64,000 nt of DNA from Candidatus Methylomirabilia bacterium (GTDB lineage Bacteria; Methylomirabilota; Methylomirabilia; Rokubacteriales; CSP1-6): positions 1 to 64,000 of the forward strand of contig JBHIBG010000002.1 of the NCBI GenBank assembly GCA_046758965.1, given 5' to 3'. The notes below the pieces were generated by a model. That model worked only from the letters and a program-made list of their open reading frames with translations. It ran no database searches and was not told where the DNA came from. Each line of letters begins with the position of its first letter. Positions within the stretch are counted from its first letter, which is position 1. Positions 9,893 to 19,553 of this stretch are shown one piece after another. A program made the translations under genes and the position numbers.

Positions 9893-10474
9893 TTACAGAG
9901 CGCGGCCGGCTTCCTGCGCCGGCCAGAGCGAGACTCGCTCAATCACGAGAACGTGCCAGCCCGGCGGCACAGTCGGGTCCAGTGACGCGGGAACGACGAG
10001 CGCAAACTCCGGTGCGGGACCGAGAACCATCCGCCGCCGCCAGCAGGTCAGCCGGCCCGGCGACCGTTCGCGCACCTCAGCGAGAACCGGTGCGTACTCG
10101 ATCCCGCGCGGCCGGGTCAGCCACGCCACGCGAGAGCGTGCGGAGGGAAGTGGCTCGCCCCACACCAGGTCGTACAGCCCGCCGGAGCCAGTCTCCATGA
10201 GCTTGGCGACGGCATCATGGGACGCCTCCACGCGCCCAGAGACAGCTGCCAGGTTCAAAGGATCAAGCGACCAGGCGGCCTCCACGAAATACCAATCCTC
10301 GTAGCCGTCCCGCTCGCCGAGCCATGGGGTCGGCGAAATGCGATGCGCTTCCGAGGCTTGAAACCCCGGCGGCGAGGCCTCGACCAGATGCTGGTGGAAC
10401 TCGACCAGGGCGGACTCATAGGCGGACTGAGAGGCCTCTCGGTAGGGTCGGTGCCAAAAGATGTAGGCCATCAT
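9893..10474 (-). CDS. hypothetical protein
   Basis: 193 aa ORF (MMAYIFWHRP...GYEDWY) with purine-rich SD and protein-like composition. Confidence 0.7.
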   Translation of the reverse strand: MMAYIFWHRPYREASQSAYESALVEFHQHLVEASPPGFQASEAHRISPTPWLGERDGYEDWYFVEAAWSLDPLNLAAVSGRVEASHDAVAKLMETGSGGLYDLVWGEPLPSARSRVAWLTRPRGIEYAPVLAEVRERSPGRLTCWRRRMVLGPAPEFALVVPASLDPTVPPGWHVLVIERVSLWPAQEAGRAL

Positions 10475-10574
10475 GACTTTCCTCTTCTTTTTCTTGACCC
10501 GCCTCCCCACCGAGTCAGGGTCGCAGGCCGTCCGCGAGAGGTGATGAGCGTAAGGCTACCGGGAAGCCGCGACC

Positions 10575-11501
10575 TTATCGAGCCGCCCCTCGGCCCGCGC
10601 CGCGGGCGAGCCAGACCTCGAGTGCCGGCAGGGCATCGAGCAGCACTTCCCCCACGACCTGGAGGCTCCGCCGGGAGAGCTTGTTGAGGGTGTCTCCGGG
10701 TGTGTGCCAGTGGGGACCGTACTCGAAGTCGATAAGGAGAGTCGCCGGGACCGCGGCCCTGAGGAATGGGGTGTGGTCGTCTTCCACCGCCAGCGTCTCG
10801 TTCAAAAAATGAGCGCGGTGCCCGAGCCGCCGGGCGCTTGCCCACATGAGGTCGGTGAGCCAGGGGGTGGAGGCTACCTCGCGCCGGATGGTGAGATCCC
10901 GGTCCCCGATCATGTCGACTACCACGGCTGCCCTGAGCAGGCGGATACTCCCATCCTTCCGGAGGGCCTCGACCAACTGGCGAGAGCCGTAGATCCCGTC
11001 TCGGGGGCTCCATTGCCGCCGGGCCTCCTCTCCGTCGAAGAACGTGATCCAATACGTGAACTCGCGGGGTCGCCCGGCGAGGCTTCGGGCCAGTTCGAGG
11101 AGCAGCCCTGTACCGGAGCCGCCGTCGTTGGCCCCAACGAAGCGAAAGCTCGGAAAGTACTTCGTATCGTAGTGGCCGCCGACAAGAATCACCTCGCGCC
11201 GCCGACCCGCGAGCTCGCCGATCACGTTCACCATCCGGATCGGGCCATCCGGCGTCTGGGCCGTGAAGGCCCGTTCCTTCACCGTAACCCCACTCCGCCT
11301 GAGCTCAGCGGCGATATACTCGCGCGCCCGATCCAGGGCTGAGGACCCTGAGGGGCGCGGGCCGAAAGCCACCAGCCGCTCCACATGGCGCCACGCGGTG
11401 CGCGAGTCGAAGGTCGGGCCAGCCGGCAGCGCGACGCCCCTCAACAGGCCGAGCGGGAGCGTGGCCAGCAGCGCGACGGAGAGGCCCGCCGATGGCTTCA
11501 C
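10575..11501 (-). CDS. M28 family peptidase / glutaminyl cyclase-like, exported
   Basis: Signal peptide, GHYDTK, GANDGGSG, FFDGEE, DMIG, EDDHTPF, WHT. Confidence 0.9.
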   Translation of the reverse strand: MKPSAGLSVALLATLPLGLLRGVALPAGPTFDSRTAWRHVERLVAFGPRPSGSSALDRAREYIAAELRRSGVTVKERAFTAQTPDGPIRMVNVIGELAGRRREVILVGGHYDTKYFPSFRFVGANDGGSGTGLLLELARSLAGRPREFTYWITFFDGEEARRQWSPRDGIYGSRQLVEALRKDGSIRLLRAAVVVDMIGDRDLTIRREVASTPWLTDLMWASARRLGHRAHFLNETLAVEDDHTPFLRAAVPATLLIDFEYGPHWHTPGDTLNKLSRRSLQVVGEVLLDALPALEVWLARGAGRGAAR

Positions 11502-12319
11502 GGAGGCTTTACTCCGACGACGCCATAGAAGTTCAGCGTGAACACAAAGGTGCCTTCATGGGCCTTGCTCTCGATCGCCTGAAGCCACTGTCGGGCCTGT
11601 CGCACCCCGACGATCTGGAGCTTCACGGCGTGCTCGGCCCGTCGTTCGAGCGTAGACCTGGTCCACGCCCCGAGCTGAGTGTCCTGGTACACGTCAGTGA
11701 TGAGCCGGATCCGCTTGAGACCCAAGCGGCGGAGCAGCCCGAACATGGTGCGCCCGCTCCAGGGATCAGCGTAGATCCGCCCTGCCACTCCATTCAGAAT
11801 CCGGCGGGTCAGGGCGCGGTCAGGATGGTCCAGAACCAGCGTGCCGAAATCCTGGTCCTGCACCCCCACGACGCCGCCGGGGCGCGTGACGCGGATCATC
11901 TCCCTCAGAACCGCCACCGGGTTGGAGAGATGGAGGAGCACGGTCACCGCGAGCGTGGCGTCGAAGGTCCCGTCGCGAAACCTGAGGCGCTTTCCGTCCC
12001 CCACCTCGAAGCGAGTGCGGCTTCCCATCCGCTGCTTCCGGGCCAGGCGCCGCGCCGCCTCCACAAAGACACGGCTTGGATCCACGCCCACCACGGCACC
12101 CTGGGGGCCGACGATCCGCGCCAGGTCCCGGCAAACCACCCCGGTGCCGCTGCCCACCTCGAGCACCCGCGACCCGGCCTTGATCCGGGCGAAGTTCAGG
12201 AAGCGGCGACGAAGTTGGGTCTGGCTCTTCATCCGCCCTCGCGCCTCGAGGCTTTCGACGTACCGCTGGGGGTCAGGCTCGCGGTCGATGTCGCGAAAGG
12301 GATCGATGGCCGTCTTCAT
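11498..12319 (-). CDS. class I SAM-dependent methyltransferase
   Basis: VLEVGSGTG, GVDPS, FDA, RVTRPGG. Confidence 0.9.
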   Translation of the reverse strand: MKTAIDPFRDIDREPDPQRYVESLEARGRMKSQTQLRRRFLNFARIKAGSRVLEVGSGTGVVCRDLARIVGPQGAVVGVDPSRVFVEAARRLARKQRMGSRTRFEVGDGKRLRFRDGTFDATLAVTVLLHLSNPVAVLREMIRVTRPGGVVGVQDQDFGTLVLDHPDRALTRRILNGVAGRIYADPWSGRTMFGLLRRLGLKRIRLITDVYQDTQLGAWTRSTLERRAEHAVKLQIVGVRQARQWLQAIESKAHEGTFVFTLNFYGVVGVKPP

Positions 12320-13122
12320 GCGAAGAACTCCGGAGCGAGCGAGACCAGAAGCTTCAGGAGCCCACCCTCGCTGGCCGCCGGAGCAATCCTGGCTGCCGCA
12401 TCACGAACCTTGGGCGGCGCCTGCGGCATGGCCACCCCGATTCCCGCGACCTGGATCATCTCGAGATCGTTCTCCTGATCTCCGACCGCGATGACCCGCT
12501 CCAGGAGAGCCCCGAGGTGCTGTGCCAGAAACTTCAACGCTTCGCCCTTGGAGACGCCTGCCGGGATGAGTTCCAGGTAGTTCGTCCGGCTTAGCACGAG
12601 CCGCGCTCCGGCAGTGGCGGGCCCCAGTTCTTCCCTGAGCGTGGCGAGGACGGCGGGGGAGCTGATGAAGAGGCACTTGACGAAGGTACCGGCCTTGAGG
12701 AACGCCTCGGGGACCTGGATCTCTACGGCGTCCAGGTATTGCTCCCGGCAGTACGTGACCACGGCAGGCGTACGCGCGAGGCAGTAGAGCGCGTTCTCGT
12801 GGAAGAAGAGGGGGTCCACCGGGGCGTTGGCGTAGATGGGGTAGAGCTGCCAGGGAAGCCCCGGCGGGAGGGAGCGGGTATAGAGGCTGGCCCCGCTTAC
12901 GGGATCGCGTACCACGGCGCCGTTGTACACGATCACGGGCGTGGTGATGCCCAGCCGCTCCCAGTATGGTCGCGCCCCCTGGGGCATCCGGCCCGTAGCC
13001 AGCGTGACCCTGAGGCCACGCGTTCCCGCTCGCCTGAGAGCGGCCCCTAGGGCCGGGTCCATGCGCATGGCGGAATCGAGGAGGACACCGTCGAGGTCAA
13101 GGACGAGCAGGTCAACCGGCAT
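12316..13122 (-). CDS. Cof-type HAD-IIB hydrolase
   Basis: DLDGVLL, ATGR, YNGA, SKG, GDQEND; ATG at 13122. Confidence 0.9.
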   Translation of the reverse strand: MPVDLLVLDLDGVLLDSAMRMDPALGAALRRAGTRGLRVTLATGRMPQGARPYWERLGITTPVIVYNGAVVRDPVSGASLYTRSLPPGLPWQLYPIYANAPVDPLFFHENALYCLARTPAVVTYCREQYLDAVEIQVPEAFLKAGTFVKCLFISSPAVLATLREELGPATAGARLVLSRTNYLELIPAGVSKGEALKFLAQHLGALLERVIAVGDQENDLEMIQVAGIGVAMPQAPPKVRDAAARIAPAASEGGLLKLLVSLAPEFFA

Positions 13123-13150
13123 TCGGTCTAGCGAGAGCGACGGGCCACCG

Positions 13151-13411
13151 TTATCGGCGTCCCTCGGGAAGCGAGCCGGGAAAGTGGGCAGCACACTCCG
13201 AGCTGCAGAAGTAGTGGGTCACCCCCCTGACACTTCGGGTCACAGCTCGGGAGCGGAGAACGTAGGTCTCGCAGACGGGGTCCTTCACCAGCTGGTCTCG
13301 GCTTGCCTGCGGAGAGGGGGACGGCAAGCGGCGGCCGAGCAATCGTCTCACCACCGGCCAGAGGAGAAAAGCGAGGAGGAAAACCCAGGCAATAAACAGG
13401 AGGCCGCGCAT
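13151..13411 (-). CDS. small membrane-anchored YHS/TRASH domain protein
   Basis: N-terminal TM helix, KDPVCETYV and HYFCSSEC. Confidence 0.85.
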   Translation of the reverse strand: MRGLLFIAWVFLLAFLLWPVVRRLLGRRLPSPSPQASRDQLVKDPVCETYVLRSRAVTRSVRGVTHYFCSSECAAHFPGSLPEGRR

Positions 13412-13418
13412 TGAACGA

Positions 13419-13646
13419 TCAGCGCTCCTCGGGGCGGATAGAAAGCGCGCGCAGAAATTCCCGGTCCCGGGGGGTGAGGTCGAGGCGGGAAGCTGGCTCG
13501 CCCCTCCGGAAGAAGATCCCCGGCTCGGAGCCTCGCCTGAGGAGCTCCGCTACGACCTCACGCGCAGCCTCCGTGGCGGCCAATGAGCTCTCGATCGCGC
13601 GGAGGAGCGCGGCCATCAACGCATGGATCTGCTCGTCGCGCGACAT
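13419..13646 (-). CDS. small hypothetical protein
   Basis: 75 aa from ATG 13646, directly behind a near-consensus promoter; ends LTPRDREFLRALSIRPE. Confidence 0.7.
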   Translation of the reverse strand: MSRDEQIHALMAALLRAIESSLAATEAAREVVAELLRRGSEPGIFFRRGEPASRLDLTPRDREFLRALSIRPEER

Positions 13647-13652
13647 GCTGGA

Positions 13653-13681
13653 ACCATACCGGCCGGTGCGCGCCCTGTCAA
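13653..13681 (-). promoter_or_regulatory. sigma-70-like leaderless promoter
   Basis: TTGACA-17 nt-TATGGT, 6 nt before ATG 13646. Confidence 0.75.
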
Positions 13682-13747
13682 CATGCCCCGTTGGCCCTCT
13701 CAGCTTCCCCTGGTACGCCATTGTTCCTCACTGCGCAAAAGGTGGCC

Positions 13748-15898
13748 TTATCGGCGGCCGCCCTGAAGCCTCGGGGCAGTCTTAGGAAGAGTAACCAATA
13801 CCTCTTCGCCCAGCATGTCAATGATCTTAACTGCAATAGTTCCGGCGCCGCGGCCTGCCGGGATCTCGTAACGCCCCGCCACCAGGTCTGGCTTCCGTTC
13901 CGGTACGTCGGAGAGCCCGATGCGAAACACCCTGCCGTCATAATCCGGATCGACCATCACGCAGTCTACCATTGCCCGCCAGTCGTCAATCTTGGGCTTA
14001 AGGAGCCCGGCCTGCTCTTGGAGCCGCTCGATAATGCTGGGGGAGATGAACTCTTCGATCTCGACGGTAATTGCTTCCTTCTTCCGAAGCATCTTGACCT
14101 TGGCCCGGGCCGGTTGGTGCTGGAAGAACTTGCCGTACTTGGGATCGGTCCGTAGCTCGATGACCTCGATGCGGTTCACTGCGGCCTTCCCCTTACGCAA
14201 CCGGTTCCAGTCCTCGACCCACGCGTCGGCCGCCGGCTCTTTGCCGAGGCAGACGACCACGATCGGTCGGTCCTCCTCCGGCCGCGCCTCCAGCTCGCTC
14301 CTAAGCTCGTCCAGATCAAGCAACGTCAACGGATGGCTGAAGGGAACGACCTTGACCAGCTTCCTGCCAAGGGTCCCGTCGAAATACGGATCGGTCCGGA
14401 TTCGCGTCACGCCAATGTGGTCGCAGGCGAGGTTCACCGCCTGCTGGTGCGGTATCGCGAGCTCGTAATCGTTGACCCGGTACACCACGAAGGACAGCTG
14501 AGCCGGCTCAACCGCCTTATTCTCCTCGTTGGCCACGCCGGTGAGCGGCACCTGTTTTGCCTGCCGCGCCTGTTCGATTTGCTCTTGGATACCGGTCTGG
14601 AGGCGCTTGCTCGTCGTCTGAATCGCCCCCTTGTTGATGTCGCAGGCAATCCACCGACGCCCCAGCTTCTGCGCCACCACCGCTGTCGTCCCGGACCCGA
14701 CGAAGCAGTCAAGAACTATACTACCGGGTTTTGACGCAAACGACGTTGCCCTACTGAGCAAATCTTCGTGTTTTTCTGTCGGATAATCCTTCTGGTTTTC
14801 GTAGGCGTGTATATCAATCCAGAGAGTGTTAGCGATTCGCGTATCGCTCGGAGGGAACCAGTTCTCTACCTTGCCTGTGCACTCGTTCTTGCGTATGAAT
14901 TCCGGTTCCCGATCAGCCTCCTCCCAAAACTCTTCGAGGCTTCGCCCATTAGCCTCTCGCAAGAACCGGTTATAATTTTCAACAGCACGATCTGCCCGTT
15001 CCTGAGCCCATTTCCACCGTCCGTGCGCTGGGGTTACACCTAGTAATTCATAACGCATACTCGGGCGATCCTCACCGCTCCAGAAGTGATGCCAGTACCC
15101 CTCCTCTCGTCGTGTTTGCTTCGTCTCCGCCGCTGAGAATCGGCGCGATGGTTGCATGCAATACCATAAAACTACGTCGTGTGCCTGTGGGTATTCTTTG
15201 ATTCCCTCAAATTGTTGTTGTAGGTTTTTCGTAATTCGTCGCTTCACGACAAGTTCATTCCGGAAGTTATCTTGTCCGAACACCTCATCAAGTAGCAATT
15301 TCACATAGTGTCCTCTTCCACTGTCAAGGTGCACAAATAGCGATCCGTCCGGGGTCACGAGTTCCTTCAACAGCAATAACCGTTCATACATGAACTGGAG
15401 ATAATTGTCATTCGCCCAGATGTCGGTGTACTGGGGCTGCTCGCCGAGGGTGTATCCTTCACCGTCAAGCTTGGCAGTCCCCTTCGCCCCGCGCAGGCTT
15501 ACTTTGCGCACGTAGTCGGCGCCAGAGTCAAAGGGCGGATCGATATAGATCAGGTCCACCTTGCCCCGGAAGCCGTTAGCCAGAAGATGGGCCAGCACCT
15601 CCTTGTTGTCCCCGTGGAAGAGGAGGCCAGCCCGTGGATACCCATCGGGCCAGTCGTTCCAGAGTTCTCCACCTCGCTTGGCCGCATCCTCTGCGGGATC
15701 GAAGGTTTCCACGTGTTGGGCGGGAAAGGCAATAACGTGTCGCAAGGGCCGCTTGCCGACCCACGTGAGCATCGGGCGTCCCTTCGCGACGGCAATGCTG
15801 ACCTCTTGCTTCTTCACAAGATCATCTGCAGCACCCGTTGTAGGGACACTTCTCCGCTGCCGTTTCACGCGACCCCTCCTCTTTGGGCCTTTGGCCAT
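13748..15898 (-). CDS. beta-class amino-DNA methyltransferase (Type III Mod-like) with C-terminal extension
   Basis: GDN, IYIDPPF (motif IV) precedes YPTEK and VLDCFVGSGTT (motif I); low-GC variable region between them; AAGGAGG SD. Confidence 0.92.
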   Translation of the reverse strand: MAKGPKRRGRVKRQRRSVPTTGAADDLVKKQEVSIAVAKGRPMLTWVGKRPLRHVIAFPAQHVETFDPAEDAAKRGGELWNDWPDGYPRAGLLFHGDNKEVLAHLLANGFRGKVDLIYIDPPFDSGADYVRKVSLRGAKGTAKLDGEGYTLGEQPQYTDIWANDNYLQFMYERLLLLKELVTPDGSLFVHLDSGRGHYVKLLLDEVFGQDNFRNELVVKRRITKNLQQQFEGIKEYPQAHDVVLWYCMQPSRRFSAAETKQTRREEGYWHHFWSGEDRPSMRYELLGVTPAHGRWKWAQERADRAVENYNRFLREANGRSLEEFWEEADREPEFIRKNECTGKVENWFPPSDTRIANTLWIDIHAYENQKDYPTEKHEDLLSRATSFASKPGSIVLDCFVGSGTTAVVAQKLGRRWIACDINKGAIQTTSKRLQTGIQEQIEQARQAKQVPLTGVANEENKAVEPAQLSFVVYRVNDYELAIPHQQAVNLACDHIGVTRIRTDPYFDGTLGRKLVKVVPFSHPLTLLDLDELRSELEARPEEDRPIVVVCLGKEPAADAWVEDWNRLRKGKAAVNRIEVIELRTDPKYGKFFQHQPARAKVKMLRKKEAITVEIEEFISPSIIERLQEQAGLLKPKIDDWRAMVDCVMVDPDYDGRVFRIGLSDVPERKPDLVAGRYEIPAGRGAGTIAVKIIDMLGEEVLVTLPKTAPRLQGGRR

Positions 15899-15913
15899 TC
15901 CCTAGTCCTCCTT

Positions 15914-16345
15914 CTACCCGCTGGGTCGGCCCGCGTCGAGGTAAGGCTTTACTAGGGCGCGTATGTGGTCGAAAACCTCCCGCGCGAGTGCAAGGTAGCG
16001 AGCAGCCTGTTCACGATCCACCGCTGGCTCCTCGGTCGGGTACCGGGTGTCTACGGCGAAAGGCGTAAGCACTTCCGCATCGGACAGCTTCCCTGTGATC
16101 CCGGGGGCGGCTGGCTCTGCCAGCCCAAGGAGCTCCCCGAGGTTATGAGTCTTGCCGAACTCTACCTGGTGCCTGATGAGCAGAGCCTTCAGCGCTTTCT
16201 TCGCAGCCTGCTGTGCGTGAAAGCCAACCGTCTCATACGACGGCATGGATCCTTTCAGGATCAGATCGCCGGCCAGGACATCCTCCTCCGCCTTGGCGAG
16301 CCAAAGCCTGACCCAGTCCCACCGGACCTGCTCAGGGGTTCTCGT
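15914..16345 (-). CDS. HEPN domain protein (MNT-associated type)
   Basis: WLAKAEED, FHAQQAAKKALKALL, KTHNL, AVDTRYP; start ambiguous (ACG 16345 or GTG 16387). Confidence 0.85.
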   Translation of the reverse strand, partial: TRTPEQVRWDWVRLWLAKAEEDVLAGDLILKGSMPSYETVGFHAQQAAKKALKALLIRHQVEFGKTHNLGELLGLAEPAAPGITGKLSDAEVLTPFAVDTRYPTEEPAVDREQAARYLALAREVFDHIRALVKPYLDAGRPSG

Positions 16346-19343
16346 AGAGGAGCACTCCTTCTTTCCAGGCCGGGTAGGCGAGGCCACCGATGACCCTCTT
16401 GGTCTCCTCGAACTCTTCCTCCGCCATCACCCAGGGGTCCGCGGTAACACCCGCACCCTGGAACAGGCGGTATAGGGAGAGACGGCAGGATCGTTTCTCT
16501 CCGGGAGCGATGTCACGGAGTACCACGAGCAGGTCGAAATCGGCGTCGGATCGTGCATCGCCCCGAGCTCGGGAACCGAAAAGGATGATTCGACGGACAC
16601 GACTGCCGTTGGCTTGGAGGATTAGTTCCTTCAACCGTTGCGCGACCATCAGGTCATGCTCGTAGACGCCTTCAGGCTCGCGGACGAACCGCCGCACCTC
16701 GGAGTGTTGCTCGTAAGTCACTCCACCTCTTGTGAAGATCAGCTGGTACTTCAGCCGGTTCGGGTTGAGGCGTTCCAACCTCCTCAAGGCCATCGCCTTC
16801 CTGCCTTCGAGCGTCACCGGCTCCTCACCCCGATCCAAGCGACGCTCGTCTTCCCGTATGGCAGACTCGAACCGGGCATCCTTGATCTCGACCATGAGGA
16901 CCTTCCCCGCTCCCGGCCGACCGCCTTGTCGCAACCGTTTCCTGATGACGAAGTCGGGGGTGTAGCGGTGCCAGCGGTGCTCTTCGCCGCGGTACTCCAC
17001 GTAGAAATCGGTCTTGCCAGGGTCGGTCAGGCCGCCCGTGAAATAGAGGTCTTCAACCTCGGCCGGGTGGAGATTAAGGTCCTTGAGCATCTGCTGGAAG
17101 AAGTCCATCTCCGGTACGGAGTCAAAGTTATACGGGTCGTAATGAAAGCCGAAGCCAGCGGGGTTCTCCCGGAGGACCTTGTCGGCATGCAGCAGGAGGC
17201 GTTCGCGCTCCTTCGGGTAGGTGATCTCTGCCGTATAGACTTCCTGACCCTCGGCTTCGGTCGTTTTGCTGAACCCTTCCGGCTTCACCAGGGCCAGAGC
17301 CAACTCGAACTCCTCCTCTCGGACCTCGTACTTCCGAGTCTGCTCCGCAAGTTGCTCCCCCAGCGCGTCCAGGTGGGCCACGGGAATCTCTTCGCCATCG
17401 TTGTAAAGCCGTCTCAGCTCATAGTAGACAGCCCACAGGTCGACGCGGAATGCGGCGGCCAGGGTGACAGCGGCCTCGTAGCGGTCCACGGCATCGGGCA
17501 CGGCTTCTATCTGGATTGCCCCGCCGACCTGTTGGAGCAGGCTCCTCACGCCCTGCCGCGGGACGATATCCAGGACTGCCTTTGTGAGAACCGCTCCCTC
17601 CGAGTCGGCCTTGGGCCGTTCAAGCCTGAGCCCGCGGCCGTCAGACCCCGCCGGCACCACTGTCCGTACAAGGCGCGTTAGCGTGATCGGAGGACGCTGG
17701 TACTTTCGCAGGATCAACCGGGCGGACCCTGTTTCCCGTGTGGCGCGGTCGAGATCGGTGATTGTCTCCCCATAAGTTTCCTGGAGTTGGCGATCGAGGA
17801 TCGAGCGGTTATCCCGCGAGAGATAGATCCGGGCCTTCATGTTGTTCCCAGACACCCGGCGCAGGCACCTCGTCGCAGCCTGGAGGACAAAGTTGTTGCT
17901 GCTCCTGAGCTTCCGTGCCAGAGCGCAGGCGAAAAGGCTCGGGCAGTTCCACCCTTCGGTTCCCTTGTTGACCAAGAGGATCACGCGATGAGATGCCGCC
18001 GGATCATTGAGCCTATTGAAGGCATCAACTTCGTTTCTCAGAGACTCCGAAGTGTTTCTGAGACACAAGGTGGGAGACTGTCCAACCCTGACCAGCGCGG
18101 CGTCGACAACAGGACGCAGCTCCTCAAGGTCATCGGTCTGAGGAAAATAGATCGCCAGTTTCGCCGGTGCGCCATTCGGGAGCCGGGTCTCCCCGTAATC
18201 CCTGAAGAAGTCCTCGATGACATGGCTCACGTAGGCTCCCGTGTTGCCCTCGAAATCAAACGCCTGGATATTTCCCGAGACGTCCTTCAGGATTCCGTCG
18301 CGGATCCCCTCGGAAAGCCCGTACCAGATAACGACATCCTTCAGCGGCTGGCGCCGGAAGTAGGGGGTGCCGGTGGTATTAACGACGCAGACAACTTTCG
18401 TGTTTGCCGCGAGATAGTCGACAGTCTTCCGGACCTTCTTCAGCTCGGTTTCCAGTGATTGGCCATAGGTATGGTGGGCTTCGTCGGAAAAGACGGCCAG
18501 ATGAGGCAGAGACGCGATAGCCTGAAGTCGAAGGTTTGCCACCTCGGCTCGCACCTCGTCCTCCCGTCCGCGAGTTAGGAGGTCGCCAAGATCACTTCGC
18601 CGAATCGTTTCCTTCTGGATTCGGATCTTCTCGGTATTGGTCACGACGACGTTGTACAGGCTCCCCCTGACGACGGGGATGTCCTTCTCGCCGTCTCGGG
18701 TAAAGGTCAGCTTCACCGAGGCCGCGAACAGCTTGTAGAGACGCGGCGGCAGGATCCTCTCGTAGGGGACCGCAGCCAGTTCTCTCAGCGACTCAATGAT
18801 CGTTTTCCCGGGCGCGAAGACAAGAGCATTCTGCACGAATGGGCCATCCGGATATTCCATTGCCATTGCAAACTCTGTCGCGAAGATGGCGCCTATGAGA
18901 ATGGTCTTCCCTGCCCCCATCGCCAGGGCCAGGATGTAGCTCGGATAATCCAGTGTCAGCGTTTCCCGAACGCTCTCCAGCCGGAACTCGCGTACAAAAC
19001 GGTCATCGGTCCTGATCCGCTCCCAGAGGGGTTCGAGCGGCTGACCGACCACGAGCCTTGTGATCTGTGGAGCAGTGAGGCCGAGCGCTTCGAGAAGCTC
19101 GGAAGGGTGGGGGAAAAGTCTCTGATACAGCGCGAAGATGTGCGGGGTGCCTTCTACCAGTCGCAGGTACCAGTAGATCTCGAGGGCCCGGAGCTGCGGC
19201 GTTCTGAGGAACCTCAGGGTGCCCGTCTCCGGGTCACTGGCCCACTCGAAGATCTCCGCGATTAGGGGATGCTGGGGCGAGGGGTACCCACCCCGCCGCC
19301 ATTGGTCCACGTTCCGGCTAACGATCTGATGAAGATGACCCAT
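16332..19343 (-). CDS. Type III Res-like SF2 helicase + PD-(D/E)xK nuclease fused to a C-terminal minimal nucleotidyltransferase
   Basis: MGAGKT, DEAHH, TGTP, EGWN, QAATRCLR; YTPDF...VEIK nuclease; FGSRARGDARSDADFDLLVV...EGVLLYE MNT. Confidence 0.9.
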   Translation of the reverse strand: MGHLHQIVSRNVDQWRRGGYPSPQHPLIAEIFEWASDPETGTLRFLRTPQLRALEIYWYLRLVEGTPHIFALYQRLFPHPSELLEALGLTAPQITRLVVGQPLEPLWERIRTDDRFVREFRLESVRETLTLDYPSYILALAMGAGKTILIGAIFATEFAMAMEYPDGPFVQNALVFAPGKTIIESLRELAAVPYERILPPRLYKLFAASVKLTFTRDGEKDIPVVRGSLYNVVVTNTEKIRIQKETIRRSDLGDLLTRGREDEVRAEVANLRLQAIASLPHLAVFSDEAHHTYGQSLETELKKVRKTVDYLAANTKVVCVVNTTGTPYFRRQPLKDVVIWYGLSEGIRDGILKDVSGNIQAFDFEGNTGAYVSHVIEDFFRDYGETRLPNGAPAKLAIYFPQTDDLEELRPVVDAALVRVGQSPTLCLRNTSESLRNEVDAFNRLNDPAASHRVILLVNKGTEGWNCPSLFACALARKLRSSNNFVLQAATRCLRRVSGNNMKARIYLSRDNRSILDRQLQETYGETITDLDRATRETGSARLILRKYQRPPITLTRLVRTVVPAGSDGRGLRLERPKADSEGAVLTKAVLDIVPRQGVRSLLQQVGGAIQIEAVPDAVDRYEAAVTLAAAFRVDLWAVYYELRRLYNDGEEIPVAHLDALGEQLAEQTRKYEVREEEFELALALVKPEGFSKTTEAEGQEVYTAEITYPKERERLLLHADKVLRENPAGFGFHYDPYNFDSVPEMDFFQQMLKDLNLHPAEVEDLYFTGGLTDPGKTDFYVEYRGEEHRWHRYTPDFVIRKRLRQGGRPGAGKVLMVEIKDARFESAIREDERRLDRGEEPVTLEGRKAMALRRLERLNPNRLKYQLIFTRGGVTYEQHSEVRRFVREPEGVYEHDLMVAQRLKELILQANGSRVRRIILFGSRARGDARSDADFDLLVVLRDIAPGEKRSCRLSLYRLFQGAGVTADPWVMAEEEFEETKRVIGGLAYPAWKEGVLLYENP

Positions 19344-19553
19344 TCCGCAAGAATTTTACACGACTCGCCGGCCGGCGTGACCGCCAATGTTCAGTGCTCC
19401 CGGCCTTCGGGCCGGAGAAGGACTCCCCCCGGGAGGAGAATGACCGAACCGAACATCTCGATCCCCCGCCCCCCCTCACCGGTGCCGTTGGCGCTGGCAG
19501 CTCCACATATGCCCAGGATTTCCCGATTACGAATATGGCACCCTTCAGCGGGA

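Noticed and set aside
10505..10574. Riboswitch-like stem upstream of the hypothetical gene
   Set aside because: Only a short GGTCGC/GCGACC pairing, with no match to a family I can name.
13700..19550. Defence island as an intact mobile element
   Set aside because: I found no integrase, transposase, tRNA target or flanking direct repeats.
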